Shown here: positions 29,094 through 43,335 of the stretch, piece by piece
Layout: each line of letters starts with the position of its first letter
Position numbering within the stretch: the stretch's first letter is position 1
Source of the DNA: Octopus vulgaris
Lineage: Eukaryota
Length of the DNA stretch: 64,000 nt
Assembly (NCBI GenBank): GCA_951406725.2
Contig: OX597830.1
Location: forward strand, 37,262,001 to 37,326,000
Reading direction: 5' to 3'
The notes under the pieces: model-generated
Told to the model about the DNA's origin: nothing
Database searches by the model: none
What the model saw: the letters and a program-made list of their open reading frames with translations, nothing else
Made by a program: the position numbers and the translations under genes

Positions 29094-29394
29094 CTGCGTA
29101 TATCTATACATACATATATATGCATAAATAAATATATGTATATAGATATCAGACACACAGACACAGTTATATTCATTGATCTGTTGCTTCCATTTGGTTC
29201 TACATGTATTATTACTCTCTTCTACATTCAATATTAAAAATTGAATCTGTCTTTCATCTACAGATGGGATTTCGATTACTTTACTATTAAAGTTTCTCTT
29301 TTCAAAATTATAGTTCGTACGAAAGTAAAATATAATAAAAATCATCAGCCAACACTTGTCTTGCTTGGTTTTACTTTTAATGCATTTGTTTATA

Positions 29395-29563
<169 letters not shown>

Positions 29564-29591
29564 TATATGTATATATGTACATATATATGAG

Positions 29592-29642
<51 letters not shown>

Positions 29643-30899
29643 ATCTGTCTCGCTCTTTCTGTTTCGATACACACACATGCACACACACACACACACACGT
29701 GTGTTTGTATGTAAAACAAACATGATCAAAGACTCAAACTTTTCTTCGTAATATTTTTTTACTGTCATGCCTGAAAGCATCCATTTTCATACAGTAAACA
29801 AGAATTATATGTTATGCTTCATTTCTTATTTGCGGACAAATGTATTGAAATTTCAAATATTCAATATTGTAATTTGTATTATCGTATATATTAGAAATAT
29901 GACCTTGCGAATGTAGATAGTGGAAATGTTGTACTTGTTAATATCTTTACCGTTTCCTGCTTCAGATATTTTCATTCTTCAAATTCACCGTTTCAAATGC
30001 TTGGAAAGTTATCAGTCATGTACCTTTAGATTTTAATTTTTGTAAACTTTAATCGGCTTCCGTTTTTTTATATATACACAAATACATACATAGTGCATTT
30101 ATATAAACTTATATCAAGTTACATACAAAGCAACACGCTCGCATGTGTATTAATTTTGCTAAAATTACTTATACTATAGGCCATCTCTTCATCATTTGTC
30201 TGTTGTAGACGAAAATGATTATGGCAGCTTTCAAATGTATGACTGCATCGGGCAATACCAATCAAAATTGACGCTACAGCAGGAACGATCAAATTATTTT
30301 GGCTTATATATTGATTATTTATTCAGATATGAATTTCGCCTTTGTTAAGCAAATTTTAAGATTTACCATTCGTCTTCAGCTGCTAATAGTTTGTGATTCT
30401 TTAATCAAAAATACTAACATAAAATGACAAATGTAAAGTTTACAGCACCGAAAACTACTATTCTGTTTGACTGCACCCTGAAGATTTGTTCTTCACCCCA
30501 AACCTCTTTCTTTGTCACGAATTCTTCTATAATAGACATGAGGTATCCGTAACTTCTACTTGCATTTTGCGAATCACGTGCCAGAACTAAAATTGTCCCT
30601 CCAGATACAAAAATTCCCATGAGTTTTAGTACACCATGCCATAACCAAGGTAAAATCACTCCCAGTCTCTAACTTAGGGATAAACATACGCAATGAGTGG
30701 GATAACACAAACACAAATAAATAATCCATTTGCAGTTACAGATCATCCTAGAATCACCATTATCTGACATTCGGCCAAACGGCATCTTCCAATTCTACGC
30801 CACTCACTAAATCTGAGAAAGATAATTTAAAACCCACAAATTATTAGAAGCTGAAGACAACTAGCAAATCTTTAAAGATGTGTAAGAAAAGTCAAATTC

Positions 30900-31850
30900 A
30901 CATCTGAAGAAGAAATAAAGTAGATAACAAAATGTGAAAATCTTTCTTGTGGGATTTTGGAATTTACTGAATTGGATAAAACCAAAAAAATTCAAGATTT
31001 GGGAAATTAAGGTAAATATGAATTGCAAAAAAAAAGGTTTATGGAGTTCTGAAATAAATATTATCAAGCACTTAGGTGATATAAGGATGAACGAATATTC
31101 TTTACTTTCGTCATTTGATTGTTAAAAGTAAAATTTTGTTTAACTGTTTAAAAAATTACCTCCTTAAACTTCATCTCTTTCTACATCACGATAGTTTGCA
31201 CGAAGATAAGGAATTCTTGATCGCTTGACTAAACCATGCAGCCACACCTTTTGAAAGTGTACAATTGCCTTCCTGAATTCTCTTAGTGAATCCTTTACGA
31301 CGATGAACTTCGAACAACAGATAGAAAAAGTACCTGAATAGAAGAAACATTGAACAGCAATTACGATTTGCCATATTAAATGCTATATGGTGGTATGGAC
31401 AGCAAGCTTTGAAGTATTCCTTCAAGCGAAGATATGTTATAATAATCTCATTTTTCTTAATTAACAACTTGTCCAGAAAATCAAGTTCTTTTCATTCATT
31501 TCCATTACAAATTGGATCGATTCCTGAATGATATTTATTAATTGAAGGATACTTGTAACGCCTTCCTTACATCTTCTCAAAAATCTAAAGCACTGATCCA
31601 AGAAATTTTATTTTGTTTTCTTTTAAATAGGAATAGAAATGGAGATCCATACTAATCCCCGATCGTGCTTAGGTTTTATTTCTATATACACACAATTTAG
31701 TGTGTAAAAGGAAAACTGAGATAAATTTTTGTATTTGTTTTGTAAGAAGCCTGGTGTGAAATCGTGTGGTGAAACAGATATTGTTATATTTCGGGGGTTA
31801 TATTTCCAAATAGAAACACGAACTATATAATCGTTCTTCATTTCAGATTT
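30900..31850 (-). mobile_element. Highly decayed Penelope-like retroelement (RT and linker)
   Basis: Minus-strand remnants resembling G-SMGSP, MEMNEK..DFLDKLLI (FTME..LPFLD) and CPYHHIAFNMANR (HP.H..NIPFN.A.R). Confidence 0.55.
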
Positions 31851-32149
31851 ATTTTGTTCTTATTTCATTGGCTTTTTCTCTTTTTGAAATTCTTCTCCAC
31901 ACATCCTTTGACCTCTTCAGTGCCTTTCCACCCCACGTGTTTTCCCTTAATCTGCAAACGTAAAGAATTTGATTTTGGTAATTCAAATACAGGTGAATAT
32001 ATCTTGTCCTCTGTCCACTCGCTAAAAAGTAATGGTGATTGCTTTGATATGCTTCACCTTATTTCTTTATTTCTTTTTGCTTTACTTCTCTACAGAAAAG
32101 AAAATAGCCTTCATTCTTGTGCCTCACTTTAAAATCGTTTATCTTTCTC

Positions 32150-32346
32150 CTTTTACTTGTTCCGGTCATTAAACTGCGGCCATACTGGACTGTCTTATAG
32201 AATTTTAGTCAAACAAACTGACACCAGTACTTATTCTATTGGATCTTCTCTCTCTCCCCCTCTCTCTATATATATATACAGATAGAGATAGAGGGGGAGA
32301 GAAAGAGGAGGGAGAGAACGATGTTAAATCGGCTTAGCAAGAATCG

Positions 32347-32404
<58 letters not shown>

Positions 32405-32566
32405 GACAAATTCCGTTCAGTTTTTGCCTAGTATATCCACTTGTAAAAATTTAGGCGGCCAGAGACTATAGTAGAAACCACGTGTGCAAGGTGCAGCGCA
32501 GTGGAACTGAACTTGGTACTATGTTGTTGGGAAAAAAAACTTCTAACCACACAGCTACGTCAGCGC
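32150..32566 (-). mobile_element. Degenerate bipartite SINE
   Basis: Tail half 32150-32245, then microsatellites, then head half 32405-32566. Confidence 0.65.
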
Positions 32567-33782
32567 CAATAAATTATTGACAAAGCATAACGTAAGTCTC
32601 ATTGCTCGAAGAATTTGTACCTCCAGCATTTGTTAGAGTCCTGATTAAAACTCCATGCTATACTCGAAGGATCCTCGTCTAGCGATTTATATGTGAAATA
32701 TTTGATTACAATAAGGGAAAAGATAGAGGAAATGAATAACGTTGCACCAATGTTCAACGCCTGATGTAAACTCTCCGCAGGGTCTAAATTCTTGCTTTCT
32801 ATTTTATTTAATTTCAATAATAAATGCAATCAACATTGAAAACTGTTTGCAGCACAGCAGCCTATAATAAATGCTTAGTTTACCATATGATTCGTAGCTG
32901 CGTCGGCAAGGCACAACTGCTTAATAGCATACAAAGTGATACCACAATTGTCTGTAGAATGGATAGAATGGAAGTGTTCAATTGATGTGTTAACTGTAGC
33001 TCAAGCTGAATATATAGTATTCAATAGAATATAGAAAAAAATGATGACATCGATTATATTACAACATAGCAAATATTTGCGCTTCACACGTTTTGTTCGT
33101 AATATTTTTCCATGTGATATATTGATTACTTATGGTCTGCCAGAGGAACCATGCTTATACATAAAGAACAAGTGGAAATTGAATCAGTGCTTTTGTATTA
33201 TCGATTGTTCTTTTTTTGGCAGTAATAGTGAGGAGGTAAATCTCTAACTTAGAAGAAATTCAATTGGAAACAGAATAATGACTCTGCATACAAACTCAAT
33301 TCTTTAAAGTATTAGCAGGAGGCTATAAAGTATCAATACCCACATTATCCTCTTGCATGTATGAATATGATGTTTTTGTTAGATTTTAAAGATTTCTACA
33401 GGGACATTTTGTCTAGTGACTGCTTGAGTAATCATAATTAATTGAAGTTTTATTATTTAACTTAGTATAATTCATTGGTGCGTTGCAGCTGCAGGAGCAT
33501 TTAGTGTAGAGGATGTTCCCATGAGAAGCGTTTCCTAAGCCACATCATTTGTGTTTGTATTCAAAGTCACTAATTTCTTTCTCCGTTCTCTTGCCATACA
33601 TAAATACACAAACACGCACGCACGCACACAAACATGCACGTACACACACACGCGCATACATGCACGCACCCACACATGCACAATATATACATATGATTTA
33701 ATCATAAATAAGTTGAAATAATTTAGACTTGCCAGTGGAATGTATTTGACCTACAGAGATAAGTAAAGATTTATCAAATACC

Positions 33783-34019
33783 TATTTCTTTATTACCCAC
33801 AAGGGGCTAAACATAGAGGGGACAAACAAGGACAGACTTACGTATTAATTCGATTACATCGACCCCAATGCGTAACTGGTACTTATTTAATCGACTCCGA
33901 AAGGATGAAAGGCAAAGTCGACCTCGGCGGATTTTGAACTCAGAACGTAGCGGTAGACGAAATACTGCTAAGCATTTCGTGCGGTGTGCTAACGATTCTG
34001 CCAGCTCGCCGCCCTAGGG
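33783..34019 (-). mobile_element. SINE family A with 13 bp TSD
   Basis: TSD tttatcaaatacc at 33770-33782 and 34020-34032. Confidence 0.9.
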
Positions 34020-34055
34020 TTTATCAAATACCATAGATGTATACATGTGTATGTT

Positions 34056-34135
<80 letters not shown>

Positions 34136-35389
34136 TATAAGAATTGATTCTATATATTGCTAGCTGAGCAGCATATGCCTTTCCGTGAAGGTTTATTAAG
34201 ACAGAAACGTGTCACCATCCTTTTGCCGGCGTTATTCAATTTCTGAATTTGACTTCACATGGCGTATCATTTGATATTTTTATCTCAGAGCCATCACTGA
34301 TTTCATCTATATTTGTGAAATAAGTTTTATTCCCTCCATCACTTTTCCCGCTCACCTGGGTCATCTTTGTATATTTATACTTGTGTAAAGGCTGTTTCAT
34401 TGGCATCATCCAACAGACTAAACAATTCATTTGAACGTCGATTTTTAGTTCACGTGTTTCAAGCTTGTTCACTGGAGAGTGAAATACCTGAAAGACATGT
34501 ATATTATTTGTGCTGCTTGAATGAATTAAGTTCATCATCTCAACGTTTGTTGTTATGTTTCACGGTAAGAAATAATGTTAAAGTTGAATTCTTGTGTCCA
34601 ATTGTTATACTGTCTTTTACATTATCGGTCTGTATTCAGCAATTCTCTGCTATTAGAGGGTTTCAGTTATTTCTTTAAGCGTTTTCTAATATTTGCATTA
34701 CGGTAAATATCAGTAAAGTTGTTGATTATATTCTACAGCTGCTGGTGATATATCTGACATTATATTATTTTACGTGAGCAATTACGTCTTCGATATTTCC
34801 CTGTCCGAATTTCGAAACCATTCTTATAGAATATTCACGCCAAATTAATTTTGAATGTCTACATCGTAACACATTATCGGCTTTTCAAATGAGATAAAAA
34901 TGCAAGTGACATATACATTTGACATTTGTTTCCGATATAAAGTGGGGCCCTAATAATTTCCATGCCATTTGCATCTGGGCGATATATTCGATTGCCAGCT
35001 AACACACATACAGTGTTGTTTAAACAGCAATAATGTATTCTAAATTTCTTTAGTTATTAAACCTATTTTGGTTTTTATTCTGGTTGTCGTCCCGATTACA
35101 TGGGACTACGTCTGTAAATAACCAAACGATTAATAGTTTCTTATTTAGTTACGTTTTGATGATGATATATGCATCAATAAATTTACTGAGGTAAACATCA
35201 AAACAAGTGCAAGAGATTGCACATGGTTATATAACTATAATTCTTTGTGAACGTTTTCTGAACAGTGAACAAATATAACAGTCAATTATTGACAGGGGAA
35301 TATCAGCGAAGTACTAAATGTAGTTAGTTAATTACCCTATAATATTTTTTCCACAGTGTGCTATTATTATTTAACATTGTCTTAGGACA

Positions 35390-35960
35390 CCGGGAAAAAT
35401 TCTATACGTCATGAGTTCAAATTCTACCGAGGTCGACCTTTGCCTTTCATCATTTCGAGGCAGAAAAAAATAAGCACTGGGTTCGATGTAGTCAACTGAC
35501 CCCTTCTTCTGAAATTGCTGGCTTTATACATTTCCAAAATACTTACTTTCTAGCAAATGCTGAAATACTTGTTTCAAATTTGGGCAGAAAGCCAGCAGGA
35601 TCTAGGGATACGTATCAGTGTTGAACTGATTCTTATTTTATTGCTCGCGAAAAGTGAAAGACAAAGTCGACCTCGCCGCAATTTTAACTCAGAACGTAAA
35701 AACGGACAAAAGGATGAAAGATAAAGTTGGTGGAATTAGAACTAAACATATAAAGACGGACAAAATAACTGAATGTAAGGTGGCGAACTGGCAGAACCGT
35801 AAGCATGCCGGGGTTTTGTCCATCTTCATGTTATGGGTTCAAATTCCGCCAACTTTGCTTTTCATCCTTTCGAGGCCGATAACAAATAAAACAGTTGAAC
35901 ACTGGGGTTGATATCATCGACTGAAACCTTCCCCCAAAATTACTGTTCTTGCCCCAAAAT
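35390..35960. mobile_element. Cluster of three older SINE family A-related copies (+, -, +)
   Basis: gagttcaaattctaccgaggtcgac (35413), aaagtcgacctcg (35663), ggttcaaattccgcc (35837). Confidence 0.7.
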
Positions 35961-36091
35961 TTGAAAGCAATATTATGACTGAACGTGTATGTTAAATATC
36001 TTCGCTTTCATTTGAAACCATGCACTTGTTAAAGATTCCTTTCAAACTAGTAAAAACATTGGTCGAAAAATTCCACGTTATATATATCTCT

Positions 36092-36348
36092 CTTTACTTG
36101 TTTCAGTCATTTGACTGTGGCCATGCTGGAGCACTGTTTTTAGTCGAGCAAATCGACCCCAGGACTTATTCTTTGTAAGCCTAGTACTTATTCTATCGGT
36201 TTCTTTTGGCGAACCGCTAAGTCACGGGGACGTAAACACACCAACATCGGTTGTCAGGGGATGGTGGTGGGGGACAAACATAGATACACACACACACGGA
36301 ACCATGTGGTTTGTAAGCGAATTACACACCACACAGCCACTCCTACGC
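36092..36348 (-). mobile_element. Bipartite SINE with partially deleted head
   Basis: Tail half 36092-36285, (CA)n, then head fragment ggaaccatgtgg...cacagccactcctacgc. Confidence 0.8.
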
Positions 36349-37688
36349 TTATATAGTTATATATTTAACAGAAAAGATAGATAAAGCTGTGAAGTCGTGG
36401 TTGAGATGTTGGAATCGTAAATATGGGTCATGTATTCGACTCCGGATTGACCATATCATTGTGTTCTTAAGGCATGGCACTACATTTCATGTTGCTAAAA
36501 ATAAATTGTACTAACGATATTAACTTTTCGGTAAGTGAACGGAAGCAGCAACATCAAATGAAATGTTTATTGATTTAAAAAAAAAACAAACTTATATCGA
36601 TCAGTAATGGACTGGATAACTTCCACCAAATTTCTTTCCATGGTTCCGAAATTGTTCAGAAGAGCAAGTTAGCCTGAGTACAAGGTCGGAATCCTTTTAA
36701 CAGAACTGTAAGAACTCTACCTCATGAGGTGTATGTCAAAGAATTTGACAAGTTGATTTGTCCCCACTCCAAAGTGAACTGTTCATTTCTTGCAGTTTGA
36801 AAAAGTTTTTCTCTGCCAAATTTCATTCGCTGGTGGACTTCATGCAACGGAACAAATCGCCGAAGAGGATATTTGCTAAACAAACATTTTATACGTCTAT
36901 GATTAAGTGAAATCTGTCATTACTAATTCTCTGACATTAGTTTTGATTGTCTTTCCATTCTTTTGCCAATTCTCACAGGAAATAAATGTGTATTACACAT
37001 AAGCGAACATTTTAAAATAAATTCTTATTCCTGAAGCTATGCTAACGATTTTCATTTTTTTCCAAACAAGGCTTCGGGTTTGTAAATATCTACCGTAAAA
37101 ATCAAATCCGACAGAATTAGTAAATGGACAGAGCAAGCAACAAAATAGAAGGCAGAATATGTAAAAGTGATGATGTAAGATGTTGCAGGAACAAAATGAA
37201 ATACTGATGCTATTTATTATTTCTAACACTCACCACTTCACTGTTTTAGTAGTAATGATAAAAGCAAAATAGAAAAAGGAAAACATTTTGATAAAATAAA
37301 TGTTTTATAACAGCAATAACGTGCATCTACATACGAAGGAAATAAGAATTTATGGTTTGTCTTTTACATTTAACACTATCCATATCAAGTGGTTGAAATG
37401 AAAAAATGAAACGAAACGGATAGGTTCTTCCATTATATCTTAGAGACTTAGAATGAAACACATAATACATTAAGTCGATCTTAAGGTTTTTTTTTATATT
37501 TATACTTTCGATTATTCTAATATACTTTTTTTTTAATCTACTTCAATTCTTTTCGTCGCCGTCGATGTCTCAGACAAATATTGATTTTTATTATGCAACA
37601 AAATACTTATTTCATTTTCAAAACTTATACTACTTAACTTTTATACTTTTGTACACATTAAATATGTTACTCCTGGTTACATGATGTG

Positions 37689-37718
<30 letters not shown>

Positions 37719-37719
<1 letters not shown>

Positions 37720-38091
37720 CTCTATATATAAACGGCAGTTTGTCTGTGCGTGTTTCTGTGTGTCTGTTTGCTTGTACCCTCACCCTGACCACGGCTTTCA
37801 ACCGATTCTGATGAAACTTGACACACACGTAGCCCAATGTCATAATTCAAAATAACGCAGCGAAAATTTTGAAAAGTTCCCCCAGTTCTGAAAAAAATCG
37901 ATAAATTCGACATGGGGTCGAGAATCAGAAACACAAACCACAGACTGTCTAGGGACGCAACTACCCTTTTAACTCTCAAAAAAACTTACCATCATTTTTT
38001 TCCATTTTTTTGCTATTTTTTGGCTATACTCTCTAAAAATGCTTGTATAGTTATTTCTACAAACCCGAGCAACGCCGGGCGATACTGCTAG
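37719..38091 (+). mobile_element. Non-autonomous Helitron
   Basis: A|TC 5' end (tctctatatataaa), subterminal hairpin cccgagcaacgccggg, CTAG|T 3' end, no TSD. Confidence 0.85.
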
Positions 38092-38143
38092 TGTATATAT
38101 ATATATATATATATACATTCATATATATATATATATATATACA

Positions 38144-38251
<108 letters not shown>

Positions 38252-38360
38252 AGAGTGTGTGTATGTCCGTATATATATATATATTTATATATTCATATAT
38301 ATATGAATGTACGTTATGTATGTGTATATATGTGATAATGTATATGCAAATATTTATGTA

Positions 38361-38399
<39 letters not shown>

Positions 38400-38416
38400 A
38401 GGGTGTGAGTATGTCC

Positions 38417-38452
<36 letters not shown>

Positions 38453-38456
<4 letters not shown>

Positions 38457-39436
38457 GCGTTCCGCAAGGCACTGTGATGGGCCCACTTCTTTTCATCATT
38501 TACATTAATGATATTAATGACATCATCAAGCACAGCAACATAAAAATCTTTGCAGATGACTCCAAGCTACAGAAGGTCATAAATGAGGCGAGTGACCGGA
38601 CATGCCTTCAGTCAGATCTACTGGCTGTTATCCAATGGGCAGAAAAAAACAATATGCTGCTGAACGAGGATAAATTTGAGCTAATCCACTTTGGAAAAGA
38701 GGATGCCCTGAAACTCCCATACTCCCTTCCTTCAGGTGAAACTCTCGCGGCGTCCAACAACATCAGAGACTTGGGAGTAATTGTGGACAACAACATAAGC
38801 TGGGCCACTCATATAAACACCAAAGTTGACATGGCCCGCAGAATGTGTTCCTGGATTCTCAGAACTTTCCAGTCGAGATATATCCACACCATTATCCTTC
38901 TCTTCTCCACTTTTGCCCGACCCCACCTTGAATACTGTTGTCCACTGTGGTCTCCCCACACAATACAAGGTATCATAAAAGTTGAAGCACCTCAAAGGGC
39001 AATCACAAAAAAGATAGATGGCATGACAGGCCTCGACTATTGGGGTCGACTAGAAAAGCTAAAACTCTATTCTCTCCAACGTCGTCGTGAGCGCTACATC
39101 ATCTGCATGATGTGGAAAATATTCCATCAGCATTGCCCAAATGATGTTGGCATCACCTTCAAGGTACATCCAAGGCTTGGGCCCCGTGCCATCCGCCCAA
39201 AACAAAAATCGCACTCTCATCTCATAACAACAATACGGCACAATTATTTCACCTCAATTGGCCCCGCTCTCTTTAACATTACACCAAAACACATTAAAAC
39301 AGAAACTGACACTATAGGGTTCAAGAAGTCTTTGGACAGATTCCTTCAAGAAATCCCGGATAAACCCCCTACACCCGGATATGTCTCTGTAAACAATAAC
39401 TCTCTACTTGAGTGGGCCATAGTGCCCAAATTCTGA
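38453..39436 (+). CDS. CR1/L2-group LINE ORF2 C-terminal half (RT), 5'-truncated with an open frame; element ends near 39510
   Basis: [61 protein letters not shown]; 327 codons without a stop. The N-terminus in the ORF track is (TA)n read-through. Confidence 0.93.
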
Positions 39437-39570
39437 CTTGAAAGACTTCACCAGGTGGTGCCATTAAGTTAGACATGGCCTGGGCCAATAATGGCCGAAA
39501 CCTATCAAAGTATATATATTTATATATTTATATATATGAATGTTATGTATGTGTATATGCAAATATTTAT

Positions 39571-39614
<44 letters not shown>

Positions 39615-40444
39615 TGTACATGAGTGTATGTTTGTGCATGTGTGTGTGTACGCGTATACGCACATGCAAATATATATAAATATACATAGAATTAGAAAAA
39701 TGAGTGAACGAGAAAGAGAAAGACGTACTTGAGTGCACTTTCACAACTCTGCGAAACTATATCAATATTTATCACTCAGTAGTTCCATCCGTCTTTTCTG
39801 ACTTAATCTATTATTTTGAGGATGATTTGGGAATCAACAACAATGGCTTTGTGTGCATAAGTTAATCGCAATGTTGGTCAGGCGAAGAGATTTTGTTTAA
39901 AAATTCAGTTCACACTATATCGTAATGTTCTGCTTTATTGAAAGCTGTAGTAAAAATGTATGACAAGAATATTTAGGTGAATCCTGTTACACAATGTGGG
40001 ACAACATAATTTTCTTCGCTGAACGTTTGTACAAGTCAGGTACTAAACACAATCTGTTGTATCGTTTTGTGGAAAGTAAGTTTACTCAATGTACTTTATG
40101 ATGCTGAGACCGTACATGTGCTGAAGGCTTGACATATATGCATTTACAACTTTTTCTACTCACGATGATAAACTCCGTAGGAAATTACAGAGTCTCATGT
40201 GGATATAATAATTAGATAATTTTTTTCCTGATTTATTTATCAACTGCGAGTTAGACGGTCCATGTATATGAATTCTAGAAATCGTATCAAGCTTTGAAGA
40301 TCGATGTGGTTAATAATCGGCTTGAATTAACCCTGAGCCGACACTTGAATGTGTGGTTGTAGGGAATTATTTAGGCTAAATAGTTCTGAGAATTGGAATT
40401 TAAATAACTTACTTGTTCTGTTAATGTGTTCTCTGAGAACTTTA

Positions 40445-40547
40445 TAGTTTGAAATCCTCATGTGGGAGAACTAGTATAATGGTTTCGAAAATAAAATATT
40501 AAAAAAATACTATAAAAAATTTGGAAAATGTCAAGTAAAAGTATTCC
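40445..40547 (+). repeat. 103 bp direct repeat, copy 1 (copy 2 at 43375-43477)
   Basis: ctcatgtgggagaacta...ttggaaaatgtcaagtaaaagtattcc, about 6 mismatches by eye. Confidence 0.9.
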
Positions 40548-40599
40548 AAACTTCGCCAGTATTTATACTTTAACGTTAAATTCTCTCAATCAGTGTTTT

Positions 40600-40862
40600 A
40601 CAGCCATGCTGGGGCACCGCCTTGAAGGGCTTTCGTAAAACAAATTGACCCCAGTACTTATCTTTTAAAGCCTGGTGCTTATTCTGTCGGGTCTTCTGCC
40701 AAACCACTAATTCATGTGGGCGTAAACAAACCAACATCGATTGTCAAGCGATAACGGAGAAGGTGTGACAAACACAGACGCACTCAGACACATGCACGCA
40801 CATTTATACACAAACATACACATATACACACACAGACGACGGGTTTCAAGCTTTCAGTCTAC
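40600..40862 (-). mobile_element. Bipartite SINE tail half plus the end of the head half
   Basis: gccatgctggggcaccgcc...caacatcgattgtcaagcg, CA-rich spacer, then gacgacgggttt. Confidence 0.7.
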
Positions 40863-41744
40863 GTGTTACTTCTTAGGGCACTGAACGCAAACTAACATGG
40901 CTGTATTCCCCGTTCATTACCTATTTACTTATTGCTTCCATTATATAGTTCTAAGAGTTCACTACCAACAATATTAAACTCCATTATTATACTTGATTTA
41001 ATATTCTGATGCTAGATAATAGATTGCGTTTTTGTATTTAGATATGCGAGAGAGAGAGTGAACGAATGGCCCTTAACTCTAATAGGAAAGCAGCGTATTA
41101 GAATAAAATCAATTTCGGTCTGCAGCCTTAATCATTTAAAGTATAAAATAAGATTAAGATTTTAGCCTTAAACGACGAAAAATAAATATTGCAGGAATTC
41201 TGAATAAATGCATACATGAATGCATGATGGGAATGGCAAATTGAATTTGCGTTTGAATGCTTGTGAATTAAGGTATTAATTTTCATAATTCAGAGAAAAT
41301 TTTAACAGCAGAATGTAGCATGTTGTCTAGCTATTGAAACAGCTGGACAATGTTTAGACCTAAAAGCCAATGACGCGTCTGTAGGGAAAGTATATGAATT
41401 ATAATGAGCCATCAGATATTACTGTGGCTATAAGAAAGTGGTGGAAGTGACAGGCTTTTACAGTGATTTCTAATCGTAGGTATGCCTAGAGGATTATGTG
41501 TAACGTAAAGTTAAATATTTGCCTAAACTGCAGCAATTTACAAAAATATTCATCTCGAATTCCATCTCTTGACGAACACAATTTTCTGGTAAATCATATA
41601 GCAAAGAGAATAAATAAAATAAATAGAAGTTAACGGGAAGAGGTTTCCTCCAATAACAATTGGATGGTCATCCTGCAGCTACACTTAATGATGCCTATAA
41701 AATTGATTAGTCTACATGAAGCATTATCCTAAATATTCTTTCGC

Positions 41745-42008
41745 ATGTTTCAAGTATTTGTCTGCGGCCATGCTGGGGCATCGCCTTTAAGGATTTTTCA
41801 GAAGAAGAGATCGAAATCAGGACTTATTGTTTGCATGTCTAGTACGTATTCTATCGGTTTTTTATGCCGAACTGCAAAGTCACGGGCCCTAAACACACCG
41901 ACATTGGCTGTCAAGTAATGGTGTGGGGTTAACCACACACAGACACAAAGACACACGCGCACACACTCAACAGACTTAATGGATTTGGTAAACTGAAAGG
42001 ATACTGTC

Positions 42009-42068
<60 letters not shown>

Positions 42069-42235
42069 GCATGTATACAACGGTCTTCTTTCAGTTTCCG
42101 TCTGCCAAATCAACTCACAAGGTTTTTGGTTGGTCTGAGGCTATAATAGAAGACACTTGCCCAAGGTGCCACGCAGTGGGATAGAATCCGGAACCATGTG
42201 GTTGAGAAGCAAGCATCTTACCACACAGCCACGCC
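41745..42235 (-). mobile_element. Bipartite SINE with internal microsatellite
   Basis: Tail 41745-41935, CA/TA repeats, head 42078-42235. Confidence 0.78.
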
Positions 42236-42658
42236 AATGAAAACCTATGCGGTAATAGCTATAACCTTGAAATGGATGGCTTCCTCTCTCTGAAAATATA
42301 TACATCATACTTTTGTAACCCACCAATATAAACAACGCCTGTTTTGTAATAAATCTGATATTCTTCTTGTGAGGTAAATTCATGTTGAAGCCATGTGAAG
42401 GCGAAAGTGAATCTTATACCACTGTCTGTCTGTCTGTCTGTAATAAATACATATATGCGCGCGCGTGTGTGTGTGTGTGTGTGTTTGTGTGTGAGAGAGA
42501 GAGGAGGAGAGTAAATATGTACATATATGCAAATATGTGTGCGAGCATTCGTTTATTAATAAACATAAGTACACACACACAAGCACAGAAATGCACACGC
42601 ACATACGAACACACATTCACACACACTCACACACACGCATGTATGATATAGTTAGTGC

Positions 42659-43335
42659 TATTTCTTTATTACCCACTAGGGGCGACACAGAGGTGGACAC
42701 AAAAAGACATGGGGACATAGAACATTTATAATTAAAATTTATGGAAAATGAATTGTTAAGTGAAAGAAAATGATATTATGAAAGCGATACCAACGGCCCC
42801 ATCCGTCAGCATCACTTACCTGTCCTTTGTTTTTCATCGTCCCTTGAATGTTCTTTGCCAATACGAATAAATTCCATATCCATTCTTACTCCGAAATACT
42901 CATCCATATTTTCCACGAATTCATCGCTCATTCTTATATCTTTCACCTCCCAATTCTCCCTTTCACACCTCACCATAAACTCACCTATGTTCTTCTTTTC
43001 AATCACAGCATACCTAGTCTCACCAACTTCATACCATTTATACTCTTCCATTAGACTTTTAACTTCTTTCTGTTCAGTCATAGTACAAATGTACGGCCTG
43101 ATATCGAATTCAATCTCTTGTCTGTGTGTGTATTCTTTTTTTTCTTTTGTTTTCTTGTTGGGGGGGGGAGCGGGTGGGTTCAATGTCTGCATGGATAGGG
43201 GGGGACTCAGAGGGTGTGGGTGGTTTTGGGGTAGATTGGTGTTCCATGTTATTTTCTTTTTTTCCCTGCATTCTTCTCTTCCTCTTATTTCCAGCTTCCT
43301 TCCATTTCTGTGTATTTTCTTCCTCTTCTACTGTC
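42659..43335 (-). mobile_element. 5'-truncated non-LTR retroposon with an ORF1-like (non-RT) frame and 15 bp TSD
   Basis: TSD tgatatagttagtgc (42644-42658 / 43336-43350); ORF 43192-42812; 3' tail cccctagtgggtaataaagaaata. Confidence 0.8.

Noticed and set aside
34180-34216. HHR-like ccgtgaagg...GAAACGTGTC
   Set aside because: Core incomplete and no stem I.
34356-34487. 132 bp minus-strand exon candidate with tttcag acceptor and cag|gtgagc donor
   Set aside because: The peptide is unrecognisable, no partner exons were found, and the surroundings look like decayed DNA-transposon sequence; RNA-seq would be needed.
36720-36880. Coding-looking minus frame KYPLRRFVPLHEV...
   Set aside because: About 50 codons ending in a stop, with no recognisable homology.
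39477-39502. ggcca-ataa-tggcc-GAAAC as a hammerhead
   Set aside because: No CUGANGA box; better explained as the LINE 3' UTR stem-loop.
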